The notes beneath the pieces were generated by a model, which saw only the letters and a program-made list of their open reading frames with translations, was not told where the DNA came from and made no database searches. Position numbers and translations under genes: made by a program. Below, piece after piece: positions 38,326 through 51,600 of a DNA stretch of 64,000 bases (position 1 is the first letter of the stretch; each line of letters opens with the position of its first letter). The stretch lies in contig CM060733.1 of NCBI GenBank assembly GCA_030704615.1, forward strand, positions 23,932,001-23,996,000. Reading direction: 5' to 3'. The DNA comes from Takakia lepidozioides (Eukaryota > Plantae > Bryophyta).

Positions 38326-38926
38326 ACCAAGCCATGCCACTTGAAATGAATATGGCCAGCCACACACAATACAGAATTTTGGAAGACCCTCAGGTGGGCC
38401 ATGATTGTCAGTTAGTTCTGTCTGAAGTACTTAAGTTGAGCATGATAGGTTAGCCACCTATGTGTCAAATGATTGCCAACTATGATACACAACTGCACCT
38501 TTTCTCACTTATGGGTAATTGTGCAGTACTTTATTTCCACTAGGACTCTTGCCCCTTAATAAGCATCAAACACCAAAACAGGTACCAATCGCAGACCTTC
38601 CATTTTAGGTCCATCTTCGCTTCTTGTGAACTGACAAAGTCATTTGACTTAGGATTTCAAAGGCTAATCCCACCCATCCCTCACCAGAAAAGATCTGCTG
38701 AAGTACAAGCCATCAATCCCAAGTGAAAAACAGAAGCAACTAGCCATCAATCTGTAGATTACAAATGTGTTGCCCATGCAAGGTGCCTCCAGAATTCTAT
38801 CCACATACACATTCAATGAAGTGCATGTATCACACCCGCACTTCAGACACCATCCTGATCAAGCTTCCATGAAGACTCACCATGATGCACCATAGAACGA
38901 CCAAACCAGTACTGCCATGTTGATCA

Positions 38927-40491
38927 TCACCCAACATTCCTTTGAGGCTCTTGGTCAGCCAAATAGCCATCAAATGGTTCAACATCCATCTTTCCATGCA
39001 CATCAGTCTCACCCATACCACCACTTTCAGCCTCTGAAAGTGACTCATCGCCAAGTTGGAATGTACTATGCCGAATGACGTGGATTATGTCGAATGCTGG
39101 ACGCACTGCTGGTGGACATGCTGCTGATGAGACTGTCGGTTTTTCATGGATCTGAATGGTTCCCTTTTCCTGCAATTTACTATCCAAATCTGATGTCCTT
39201 GATGGCTTGGCAGATTCTGGCCCAGGTAGAACAACCATTCCTACTTCTTTCTGGGTTGAGAGAGCAGGCAAGCAAGGCTCACTAACTTGTTTAGTGGTTT
39301 CTGAGAAAGAAGAGCTAGGAGATTTGATGGTAACATGACTCCGCGATGATGTTGGCCCCACAGTGTTTGATGACTTGTGGTTACCTGAGTAGAAGATGAA
39401 CATGGATATGCCTCATTTATGCAGTCACTTGTGGTTATATTGAACTCCGGTATCAGGTCCAATCGAGGAGCATTGACAGCGACGTTGGGGGATTGGTCAT
39501 TTCTTAGTCCTCGATCTTGTATAGTGTCTCCCCGATCAGTGGTATTAGAACGAGTCACTGTGACGTCCTTGGAATCTCCTTGATGGGACATAAACCCCCT
39601 TGGGATAGTCAAAATGCGAGAATGGAGCAAGGCTTTGGCAGTTTCTGAACCCGTGCTCCAAATCCATCGCCCTCATGCAATGGTGATTGTGGGTGAGGTC
39701 CACTTATTGCCACCTGTGTACGGATTTGAGGACTGGCGATTGCTACGGTGCTACCTCGGCCACTGACAGAAGGTGAGCTCCTGCGAGGTGTAGCAGACTT
39801 GTGCGCAAGTGGGCGAGATGATCTTCTTGGGGTCACCACAGCAGGGCTGCCTGGTGTACGCTGTTTCTTCAGGATCGGATCCTCCTCGGAACTTACCTGC
39901 CCTTTATTAGATAATGAAGCTGGTGGCAGCCCATCTTGCTGCCATTTATTCTTCACTGTATCCAGGGTCAGGTGCTGCCAAAAACCAATACACACTGTCA
40001 ATGAACTTCACAATCATGAACCACTTGGAGTATAGTAGTTTTGCTACCCAAAATGGAATAGCTCCCAGCAGCACAAGAGGTGGTCTGAGAAAAATCAACT
40101 GCCACATCATCCATGAAGCACATTCTTGGTTTTCACCTTAAATACCCAAGATGGAGAAGCTTACATGCTGTCTTACTTGAGGCCCTGGAGGAGTTTTTCT
40201 ACCGTAGGTATCAATCTTCATCCTCAATCCATGAACAACTTCGCCAGCTGGAGTTGAGGGGCTCTCGGCAACAGGAGGTCCCCGGCTCATGCAATGAGAT
40301 CTGGGGGTACTGTGTGCTGCCAAATGCCCATTTTTCTCTTCTTGCCTGTCCCTTGTGGCTGGATCATTCCTAGGATGAAGCATATTGACAGCGTACTGCG
40401 CAGCGGCAGACTGCTCTTCAGCCCATTCTCGTTCTGGCATTAGGACCGGACTAAGAGCACGGAGTGTGATATCACCATGGGATGCCCACAA
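38927..40491 (-). pseudogene. Chain of overlapping, frameshifted S/P/R-rich ORFs of unknown origin
   Basis: Minus-strand ORFs 40491-40138, 40001-39609, 39630-39241 and 39403-38927 tile about 1.6 kb with coding-like GC content. No recognised domain. Confidence 0.3.
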
Positions 40492-40622
40492 AAAAGTGCA
40501 GTCCTGAATGTTGCGTTCAATGACACATATGGTTTCTTACAACTTCCTTCTTGCTTAAATAAAAATATTCTGTCCTCTGCATGTTTGAAGCCAAGTACCT
40601 GCTTTCATTACTGCTGCTCATA

Positions 40623-43600
40623 TCACCAGTACTCCCCACAAGAACAAACCCCATCCTGGAAGTGGTGAAACCGGGTGGCATCCCGGACAACAATTGCTCT
40701 GCCAACAATCTTGGAGATGAACTTGGTTGCTGTGTGGCAATCACCACACACACGAAGGTTCTTGATGACACGAAGAGGAGTCCCAAGGGGTGTGCTGATG
40801 AGCCCAAAAGCAATGGCCAGTTTCTCACTGTGGTGGCAAAGAGAATTTTCTTTTTCTTCCTTCTCCAAATCATGCAATACAAAACGTGTGTCAGGCACGT
40901 ACCCAACCTCCTTCATGTGCCTGGACAATCGCTCCAGCTCAGCATGGATTGCCTCAGTTTGTGGATGCAATGTATCTCCCACAATAAACTTATGTATCCG
41001 ATTGTCAACCTCAATGCAGCTGTGCCCTGCCTCCTTTCTGACACCTCTGTCCTTCATCATTGCTCTCACCTTTGCGGTATCATCCCACCTGCCAGCTGCA
41101 GCATAGATGTTTGATAGGAGCACGTAAGTTGGAGCGTCCTGTGGATTCCAATTCAGAATGCTTTTTGCTGCACGTTCTGCTACATCCACATCACCATGAA
41201 CCCTGCAGGCACCAAGCAAGGCCTTCCACACCACAGCACCTGGTTCGATTGACATTTGATTAATGAAGTCCTCTGCCTCATCCAATTGCCCAGAGCGGCC
41301 AAGAAGGTCCACCATGCACCCAAAATGCTCCATTGTAGGAGTGAGACCATAATCACAAATCATGGAATCAAAGTAGTGACGGCCTTCATCCACAAGGCCC
41401 GCATGACTACATGCCGAGAGAAGACATATAAAGGTGACAGCATCCGGCATCAAGCCTTCCTTTCGCATTCGTTCAAACAGTTGCAAGGCTTCCGCACCAC
41501 ACCCATGCTGAGCATACCCTGCAATCATTGTGCTCCATGATACCACATTTCGTTCAGTCATATCATCAAAGACTTGACATGCATCCTTCATGCTCCCACA
41601 CTTAGCATACATATCAACAAGGGTATTCTCCAGATTCAAATATGACTCTATTCCAGCTTTGATGATCTCAGCATGGACCTCTTTGCCCTTTTCCAGGGCT
41701 GCCAGGCTCGTACATGCATTGAGAACGCAAACGAACGTGACTTTGTTGGGCAATACCCCTTGCTCTATCATTTGCTCATAGGTCTCGAGCGCTTCCCTAC
41801 CACACCCTTGCTGAGCATATCCTGCTATCATCGCACTCCATGTGAACACATTTCGTTGAGACATATTGTCAAACACACAGCGTGCATCCTTAACACTCCC
41901 GCATTTTGCATACATGTTGACAAGCACAGTGTCCAGAATGACATCTGGAGCAATGCCAACCTTGCTGATAACAGCATGGAGCTCCCTGCCTTTTTCCAGG
42001 TCTGCCGGGCTAGCACACACATTGAGAACACTAGTAAATGTGACCTTGTCAGGTGTCATCCCTTCCCGTATCATGTGCTCAAAAGTGTGGAAAGCCTCCC
42101 TAACCCAACCATGCTGAGCATATCCTACGATCATAGCGTTCCATGACATCACATTTGGCTTTAAGCCTTTTTGTTGCATCAGTTCAAATAGTTGCAGGGC
42201 CTCCCTAAGACACCCACATCGAGCATATCCTGCGATCATAGCACTCCATGAGATCACATTTCGTTCAGCCATATTGTCAAAAACTTGACGAGCGTCCTTC
42301 ATGCTCCCACATTTGGCATACATATCTGCAAGGGCAGTCTCCAGGACGACATCTGGAGCAATTCCAGCTTTGATAATGTCAGCATGGACCTCCTCGCCCT
42401 TTCCCAGGGCTGCAAGGCTGGCACAAGCCTTGAGCAGGGAAATGAACGTCACCCTATTGGGCAATACCGCTTCCTCTTTCATTTGCTTATAAGTCTCAAA
42501 AGCCTCCCTACCATTCCCATGCTGAGCATATCCTCCGATCATCGCACTCCATGAGACCACATCCCGCTTAGCCATGTTGTCGAACACTTGACGAGCATCC
42601 GTAAGGCTCCCGCATTTGGCATACATGTCCACGAGGGTATTCTCAAGAGTGATATCTGAAACGATTCCGGAATTGACAATGTCAGCATGGACTGCCATGC
42701 CCTTTTCCACGGCTGCAAGGCTGGCACAAGCCTTCAGCACACAGATGAAGGTGACCCTGTTCGGCATCATCCCTGCCTGTCTCATTTGCTCATAGGCCTC
42801 AAAAGCCTCCCTACCACACCCACGCTTGGCATATCCTGCCATCATTATATTCCATGTAGATATATCTCGTTCAGGCATTTTGTCAAACACTCCATATGCA
42901 TCCACCACATTCCCGCACTTGGCATACATGTTGATGAGGGTATTGAGTAGAGAGAGATTTGGGGTGAATCCACTTTGGATAATATGGGCATGCACCTGCT
43001 TTCCCTCTGACAGGCATTTCATCTTGATGCACTCCTGCAAGAGGTAGACATATGTCATGGAGTCTGCCGAAAAACCTTCTTGGTTCAAGAGGTGCACTGC
43101 CTCTTTTAATCTACCTGCCTTAGACAGTGTCCTCACATCCCCACATGTGGCCAAGGAGTTCTTGTGGACTCCCTCTCTTGGTCTTCTCTCAAAAGCAGGG
43201 GTTGCCGTGCAGGTGCCTGATCCAAATGACTCTGCCTGATTCAAGCCTGCCATCCTGCATGAATTAAAAGGATCTTAGTCATCAACTGGACAAGAACAAC
43301 CATGAAATATATCTTAAAGCATGTACATACCTCCAAGAAAAAGATCGCTTCATGAAGACAGGGCCTTGCCACATATTAATCAAGTTTTCAATTCCACATC
43401 ACAGCATAAAGGTGCACAACTTCAACCATTATACAACACAGACACTAGCTGTAAGTCCTTTACACTTTTATATCACTACGAGAACCACTTCTGACGACTG
43501 TCTTCAAGTTTACACGCCGAATAACATCTTCTGCTCCTTGAAATATAGAAATGAGACGCTAACTGTCCCCCCTTGCAAAAATAAAGTAGCAAAACACCCT

Positions 43601-43848
43601 GTGCATCTAACAGAAGATGACAACCCCGAAAGATCGGCATCTGTAAAAGGGCAAGGAGTGTCATACTGCAAGTGTACGGATGATCCCCCTCCACCAGGGC
43701 TTGCTGCATACTTTTGCATAGTTCCTTCCAGCTTATCTGATGGACCATCTGCCCATGCAGGTTTCTTGTGGCTATGAACCCACAGTGCCTCCTTGGCGCT
43801 CTTGTGGCTGAAATCTGGTACGCTGAGACTGACCTGCAGCAGCCACAT
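40623..43848 (-). CDS. PPR-3: PLS-PPR-E-DYW (terminal EYW) protein with an upstream exon carrying the C-terminal half of a PDF motif
   Basis: The main exon 43254-40623 is intact (HSEKLA, CGDCH, CSCGEYW). The upstream exon 43848 (or acceptor 43833)-43598 encodes VPDFSHKSAKEALWVHSHKKPAWADG. It joins in phase 2 at the same CAG|G ATG GCA acceptor as PPR-1, although the donor GG|GTGTTT is weak. Confidence 0.85.
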
Positions 43849-44239
43849 CCCATCCCCGCCTCCTCAGCAAGTATGAATAGGATCGTCGTTTATTCCTCGT
43901 CTTATAGATAAATCTTAGACGAGGAATCGAAATCTACATTTGGGGTGCCTTTCCCTTTGTGGACATTATGAACACATCGGCAGTGGCACGGTTGTGGGGT
44001 TAAGTATATCTTGAAAGAGTACCGAAAGCGTTCCCTCTTGTGCAAACTCTGCCATAGCCTACTTCTCGTCAGGAAAAGTATGAGAAATTTGAGAGGAAGG
44101 CACCTGAACTTCAGCGCACACACTGTTTGCCTCTAGCTTGTCTTCGATGTGGGAGTCGACAAACGTTGTGAATGGCAGCCTCCAGGCATTTAACTTTGAC
44201 ACACCAGATTTTGTTTCTATTTAGCGATAGTAGTATATC

Positions 44240-44456
44240 TTTTTTCTTTTTCTTTTTTTTTTGAAAGGGAAACACCTGGGAGCGACAGCTCACAAATCAG
44301 GCCCCTTGATAGAGAGAGGAGAAAATAACCTCTCAGTAACCTCGCCCGTAAGGTTTAGGGGGAGAAGAGTGTACCGCACCCGTCAAGTAGCAGGATTTGA
44401 CCCCAGGGTCATCCGGATGGCACTCAGTGCACTTTTACCAACTGAGCTACTGACTG
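44240..44456 (-). mobile_element. tRNA-derived SINE-like element
   Basis: The minus strand reads TAGCTCAGTTGGTAA (A-box) ... GGGGTCAAATCC (B-box-like), then a ~120-nt body and an A-rich tail (T-tract 44240-44262). No TSD was found. Confidence 0.65.
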
Positions 44457-45349
44457 TTGGTGACAAAGTCACTGAGTGAGACACACTCTCTGTGTCCCGT
44501 AATGGCCTTCTGGTTGTAATTGAAGCAGAGAGACCGAAAGATCAGTTTATTTGGCTTTACAAGACTGACTGAGACACTCTATTTTGGAATTTAACAGTTG
44601 AGTGAATCCACCATTGCCTCGCTAATGAGGAATAGACAATAGACGTTTGGCACCAGGTGATCTCCACAGATAACTCCACCTCATCAAAGAGAAGGGCATC
44701 ATGCTTAGAGATTCCAGTGGTTCAACCTCAGCAGATGTGCCCATTGCAGCCGTGTACAAACTCAACTTTTGTTTGCATTTAAGATCCAAAGGGAGAGTTA
44801 GCAGCTGAACAAACACATTCTAGCTGTTCTTTCACTGTGAATTACCATCCGACCACATGCAGAGCCAGATGGGATTATTTGCACACATTGCAGGCAAACA
44901 TTCATTGGTATGAATATCATACTCTGCAACACACGCACGAATTGCGTATTTGAGTTTATCCCAAAAGGAACAGCCCATTTGAGCGGTTACACTCCCTAGC
45001 TCCACTACCGAAACTTGTTAATGGCATCCATATCCACTGTTGAGTTTACGCTATCAATGTTGCTCGGATGAAAAGGCCCCTGCTGTAGAAATCCAATCCA
45101 GCTTTTATGGTCATGCAGATTGGTATATTCATCAGAGACATCTGCTGTATACGGCCATTGAGATGACAGAGGACACTGACACAGGTGGCCGTGGGCTGGA
45201 CCACCACCAGATGCCTGTTCAGCACAACCAACACGGAAATGGGCTGTGCTAGGAATGTTGGCGCTTCATAGCACCTTTGCACATAGATCATTGCTTCATT
45301 GCAATCTGCTTCAGGAAAGACGGCGGTTGCATAAAACATGCCGATCCAA

Positions 45350-47466
45350 TCAAAGTTGCTGCTGGGATAGGATCACAAGAAGGCCTTGTTGGCCCAGAAG
45401 TATCTCATTGACGAAGCTCATTAGGGCTACCCATATGACAGGGGACACATCCACCCCTCCCACAGGAGGAATCAGCCTTCTTGTTGGCCCCAGCACAGGC
45501 TCTGTTGGAGCATAAGCTATGACAAATGGGAACTTACTCACTGGCAGCTGGGGGTACCATGACATCACAATGCGCACAATGAACAGCAGGTTGAGTGATG
45601 CAAACAGCGGACCCAATATGCTGATTGCAAGCCTTGCTGCCTCTGGATCCAAATCAGCCAGTGTGAGACCCGGCAATCTTCCCAAAGAGAGTGATAAGAC
45701 TTCAGTCGAAATAGCGTCTACTCCCAGTGCTGCAGCCCCTGACGCAAATATGACCGATGCAGGAAGCAAGCTCCCAAGGGCCAACATAAACTTGGAAGCT
45801 GCTACTAACATTGGCATGGGCTCACTTGCATCTTTCGGCATCCTTGATCCATGACAATTTACTAGCCTTCCTTCTTGTTGTGTAGACCCATGATTCCACA
45901 TCACCTTCCCTACTTTGGGCATTCTCCTTCCAATTGCTGCTGCCACCCATGCACATGCATATTATATCACCACAGGTTGATCTTTTACCAGATGTCAAAT
46001 GGCTGTCTGGTACCCTTTTTTGGAAGAAATGAGAATCTACAAATCCACGGGTGCTACCCGTGTAGCTCTCCCCAATGGCATAGTAACCTCTTCCTCGGTA
46101 ACAGTCGGGCGAGAACTAGGTGCTATGAAAAAACAAGAACTCCTCAAGCAGGTAACTAGTAATGCACCATTTAATGAAACTGTTGGCACATGACAAACCT
46201 CACATTCAGATAAGTTCAAAAAGATTGAGATAGAAGAATTACCTCCAAAAGCAATGGCATGATGGTTATCTGAAACCTCTTCTTCAGGGGGATATTGTAC
46301 TTTATCCCTGCAACATAAAGCAAACACAACTGAGATCCAGCCGAGGTAGATATAGTCGTAGTTTTCAATATGGCTTTGAGACCTTGTGCAGACTCTGAGC
46401 TGGAGGATGGGGAAGGCGGACAGGGTCAAAAGTGAGATTGGCTGGCTCATCTAACCCTCTCTGTCACCACAATATCCAATAACCTGCTCATAAGGCTCTG
46501 CATCTACAGACAAAGCTTGAACTTTCTTTCTGTCTCTGGAAAGAGAAAAACCAAATTCCACACCAGACAGAGAAATCTTGCACTTTAAACCCACTGCGTG
46601 CACCAAACACAAGGTAGAGCTGTGGTTGCAGAAAAATAGCTGTAGAGCAAATAGCGCAGCTTTAAAGTTACCAACATTGAATGACTACACCTTGTGACAG
46701 AGTAGATGATCTAAGATTATGACGTAAGAGAGTCTCGGAGAAAGTGGAAATACAATATTATTAGCTGATTTATTGAAGGAAGAAGTGTCCTGCAGCTTAG
46801 TACAGAATTCTGGGTCTTACATGAATGTAGCAAGGAAGCCATACACATCCTCTACACTTAGTGAAGGTTACTGAGCTCGACCCAAGCCTCTTCTTCTGAC
46901 CAGGCCACCTTGACACATTGCATCAGAATTGATGGACTATGGCAATGCTTGGGAATTCGGGAACAAACGCTGACAAAATTAACTTTGCCAATTCAAAAAA
47001 TTTCAAGAATGACCAATCTTGAAGGATGTGCGGAAGAAAATAGAAAAACACGAACGAAAAGTGTTTGCGTGCGCAGTAAATGAGAAGCAGGCCCGAAAAT
47101 GAGGCAGCGCCTGCTTATGTTGAGAGAAGAATGCATAATATACCCTTTGACAAGCCCCACGAAGCCGAAGCTGCCAAGAGAACCCATCTGATCAGGGGGA
47201 ACAATGAAGGTCCCACCCAAGGAGGAGCCCCGGCCAGTGCTGCTAAAGCTTGGCCATAGACCTTTCCCGTCCACTCCTTCAGGCTCCTGCATATCGGTGG
47301 AAGACGACGATTTCTTCAGCTCAGCCCTGGCATTAGCCACAACCCTCCTGGCGCTTCCCACAGATCCAAACAATGGCCGTCTCCCATCTGCCCCACCAGC
47401 AATCCCAGATAGCAGCGAATGCAGGGCGGGTGCCCTTTGCAGCATCCATCTCGCAGCTTCCCCCAT
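45350..47466 (-). CDS. CCB3: CCB3 (cofactor assembly of cytochrome b6f heme ci; YGGT family), chloroplast
   Basis: 45939-45350 encodes ADLDP..A.LAI.ILGP...LFIVRIVMSWYPQLPV.KFP.V.AYAPTEP.L..TR..IPPVGGVDVSPVIW...EILLGQQGLLV.LSQQQ. Tentative upstream exons 47466-47144 and 46307-46243 join in frame (325 aa in total). Confidence 0.85.
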
Positions 47467-47747
47467 CGTCCTCTCCTCTCCCCCTCCTCTCTCCTCTTCC
47501 TGCGGTCTATCCCTGCAAGTGTCAGAGGCTATATATTATTATTATATATATATTTCTTGTATCGTTTAAGGGAAAAAATAAAACCCCGACAGTGAATGCC
47601 ATAAGGCAGGGTTTATTATGTTTTAGTGATAAGGGGGAAAAAATAATGATAATAGTTTGTTGCACTGGGTTTTGTTTTTTTGTTTTGTTTTTCCAAAAGG
47701 CCGCAGCGCCTTTTTTAAGAAATTTGGAAAACAGCACGAGTGGCTAC

Positions 47748-48192
47748 AGAGTTTTGCAAGAAATGGCCGTACACTCTGTTCATCCACTGAACTTCATCCA
47801 TCTCTGTACTTTAATCCATTTGTATCATCCGTATTTGGCGAATTCATCCATAATTTATTTTTTATTTGGAGATGCTTGGCGATTTCATCCATGAAAAAAC
47901 AAGGGATTTACGACAGAATATTTCATTTTATTTTTTGAGGTCGAAATCTGGCGAAAATTCGCCAATAAAACAAACGCTGCGAGGTTTTGCAGGAAATAGC
48001 CGTACACTCTGTTCATCGACTAGACTTCATCCACCCTGTACTTTAATCCATTTTTATCATCCGTATTTGGCGAATTCATCCATAATTTATGTTTCATCTG
48101 GAGATGTTTGGCGATAAAAACAAGGAATTTACGACAGAATATTCCATTTTATTTTCTGAGGTTGATATCTGGCGATAAATCACCAATAAAAA
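47748..48192. repeat. Two tandem copies of a ~230-bp unit
   Basis: GTTTTGCA.GAAAT.GCCGTACACTCTGTTCATC...TCTGGCGA.AA.TC.CCAATAAAA occurs at about 47750 and about 47983. Confidence 0.9.
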
Positions 48193-48292
48193 AACTCGGG
48201 GGCCGGAGATAGTAGACCAAAATATATTGATTAAAAATTGGTTATTTTTGTCTTTTGTTTTTGTTTTCTGTTTTCTTTTTTTTAAATCCGTT

Positions 48293-48545
48293 GGAACTTG
48301 GGATATTAATTAATTAATTAATATTATCAAATCGAGTTGAATTATCTTGAACAATTATGAGATTTATAATAAAACAATGAAATTGCCGGTTTGTCAGTGC
48401 CACGTGTCCTTACCTACCCACGGAACTTGCGATATAAATTAATTAATTAATGTTAAAAAATCGGATTGGATTATCTTGAACAATTATGAGATTCATAATA
48501 AAAAATGGAATGGCCGGTTTGTCGGTACCACGTGTCATTACCTAG
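48293..48545. repeat. Two tandem copies of a ~130-bp unit, each with a G-box/ABRE-like CACGTGTC
   Basis: GGAACTTG.GATAT.AATTAATTAATTAAT...GCCGGTTTGTC.GT.CCACGTGTC.TTACCTA occurs twice; CACGTG at 48401 and 48529. Confidence 0.9.
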
Positions 48546-48651
48546 AAGAGGTTAACTGAACTAGGGTTAAGTTTAAGTGAAGCTTGGGTGCGGTAAAGAG
48601 TAACTCTTGGTGAGTTCCCTCAACTCCCTGGGCCTCTTGTTCTGCAGTGCG

Positions 48652-51600
48652 ATGGAGGCAGGCGATCAAGAAATGCGGAGGACGATGATGGAGCAGCAGC
48701 GCGTTAACATGTGGTATCAGAATTGCGACGCTGGACCATCGCAGTGGCAGGGAATTGAGATGCAATACTCGCAGCAGCAGCCTTCTTATCATCCGCAGCC
48801 TGCGTACTGCTCTGAGCAAGCTTACTATTCTCACCCGACGCAGACGCAACCGCCACCGCAACAGAATGCCCTAATATATGCACAGCAAGATCAGGTACGA
48901 TGGAGAACCGATTCTGTGACTTTTTAGTGATAAAGTGAGTGCATCAGCGTTCTCTTACAGGAAAGCGACATCATGGTGAGGCGGGAGGAAGTCGCTTTAA
49001 AAGTAGATTCACGTGAATCAGAATTTTGAACATAATTGTAAAGCATTGTATTGTTGTGTCATGAGAAGGATTTGGCATCTTGGTTTGAGGAAGACTCAGG
49101 AGAATTAAGCTTTTATACTTTGCAAGAGGAGCCTCTATCATTAATACAACTAGGCCTAGTACCGATCGGCGCAATTGATTCGTTCTAAGTGCAATTGGTG
49201 CTGGGACTTTCGTTTGGGACGCGATCAGCGACCTTCGCCACAAGTTCTTTCATGGTGAATGTAATACGGCTTACCGGTAAGCCACAAATGTGAACGGTTC
49301 CGGTGACTGTGGCCATAATTAAGGCTATTGCGCAAAGGCAGTTACCGGTTGTTGGTTTTTAGAACCATCAAGAAATATCAGTGAAAATCGTCTTTGATTT
49401 AGATCCCTCCTTCCCTCCTCCTAACTTGAAATTCTGGTGAGCACGAAGTGAGTGAGCCAATTGGCCGACGTGCGCGCATGAGATTTTTGCAAATTATCCA
49501 GTCACTGGTCACATGTGCCCCTATAATGGATGAAGCCTTTTGCTATTGCGGGGTCTTCCGTGATTGGATGCACCAGTAATATACTCGTCGCCAGACCAGA
49601 TGTGGTTCGGTAGAAAATTCAATTAACAATGGGTTAATTCAAGTGGAGCCTACTGATCTACTGGAGCCATTCAAGCTTAATGTCAGATGTTAGGGGAGGA
49701 TCAATTATTTGTCCTGTGTGAAAACGTCCATTTATAGCTCGGAAGCCCAGTCACATTCACATATCAATGAGAAGCCACATTTTATGAGCTTGCAAATTCC
49801 CACCATCTTGGTAGTGCTCTAGGGTCCTTGTATGAGAATTTGAGAAGGCCACTAAAGATTGGGGGATCTTGACTACAGACCAGTTAAACATGACACTTTC
49901 CTTTGTTTTGTCTCAACAGATGCCCCATCTGCCCAAGTCCCCCTGATTCATCATCCAAGAAGGACATTTGGCAAACTGCCTCACTGTGTCAACAGGATTT
50001 AAGCCTGTCTGAGTGAGGGTTAATTTTAGTTGATCCAGTCACGTGGGAGAATACCTTTCAGTATTGTGCTGCTAAATTCATTTCTTTGAGAAAGAGAGCA
50101 CGTGAGATCTGAACTATCAGCGAAAAGTTAACAGCCTAACTAACGGACACTAGCAGTATTGTCAATCTTTATATGGAACTATAGACATTTGTTCAGTACC
50201 ACAATTGTTTTGTAGCATCCTCTTCTTATCCCAGAAACTGCTGTAGTGATCATGATATGTGAATTAATTCATTCTTGTGGATTGTATGTTGCACTTATGG
50301 TCCCCAGGGGCGGCCGGCAAACAATGGATGGAATCACCATCAGGGTTCGTTCACTGGTATTCTTTGCCCCTCTTTTATCCTGAGCTGACCTCCGGTCCAG
50401 AAAGTATGATTCTCACGCCTTGGGGTCCATAATATATCCAAGTACCTGTGACTAGCCACCTTTACAATGGGACTGGCCTTGGTTAACGTTTCCCCCCAAG
50501 AGCCAATGACCAATAGATGAACAGAACGATTCCAAGGTGACCATAGATTTAGGAGAGTTCCAAGCCCTGCGAGTCTCAGATTGCATGAACAGCCAAGTTA
50601 TGATGGGAAATTGGCAGGATACAACAACGTAGGGCCTACCCAAGAGGAAGATTGGGCAGCCAAGGCCAGAGCATGGAGAGACGCCAAGGCAAGCCATGAA
50701 GCTGCAGAACAAGCACAGTTTCAAGCACAATTTCAAGCACAATCCAATTTGGCAGCCCAGCAACTACAATCTAGCCAGGAGGCTGGCACTTCAACTTATG
50801 GGCATGTATACTCTGGCTATGGTCACAATGTGCAGCCCCACTTTGAACAGGAAACCCCATCAGCTTTCAGAGATGGAGAAGCAGTATGCTCAGCTCAACA
50901 AGGATCTGCAATGAACTACAGCCCAGCAGCAGCTCTAACTCCAGCGCAGCCCCCACCTCCACTTCAGCATAGTCTTTCACATAATGTTCCTAGCAGCTAT
51001 TCACAGGATATGTCAATTTATGGTCACAATGCTGCTACAGCAGGTAGACCTTCTCCATCCATACTATTGGCCACTCACATGGGTTAAATCACCTCTTTGT
51101 GTCTTCCTGGCAGTCACGAGTGAAGCTTCCCCTGTTTAGTTCAACCGCTTTTTAAATCAAGGTCTATCTCATTAGTAAAGTTCATCCTTTTTCAAATTGA
51201 GTTGTGCAGATTAAGCAGTTATCCGATATGTCCCAGTATCATGTTTGTGTACTCAGAGGATATCTTTCCTTATGGTTGTCCTCTTTTCTTCTGAATTTAA
51301 GTCCAATATCACTGGTACAAAGCAAACCATTTTGTATAGTGTACTGCAACAGCAAAATATCTTGCTCAGTTTTTGAACATGTCATCTACCTTAAAGCTTT
51401 ATCACATGGTCTTTGTCTGCCTGTCCGACATGGGATCTCAGCCATAGTGCTTGACTAACTGACTCCCAAGTTTAGCTGAAGAAGACCTGGTTTTGCAACT
51501 AACCTACATGCATCATCGGGGTGGAGTTTGACTTTGGGAATGGTTCATTTTTTGGAACTCCTGTCAGGTGTGGAACAGCAGGAGCAGCCACATACTACAC

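Noticed and set aside
43892-43927. Short hairpin ATTCCTCGTCT...AGACGAGGAAT as a Helitron end
   Set aside because: No CTRR terminus at the expected distance on either strand.
44380-44456. Functional tRNA gene
   Set aside because: The B-box is imperfect, there is no convincing acceptor stem, and a body plus A-tail follows; treated as a SINE.
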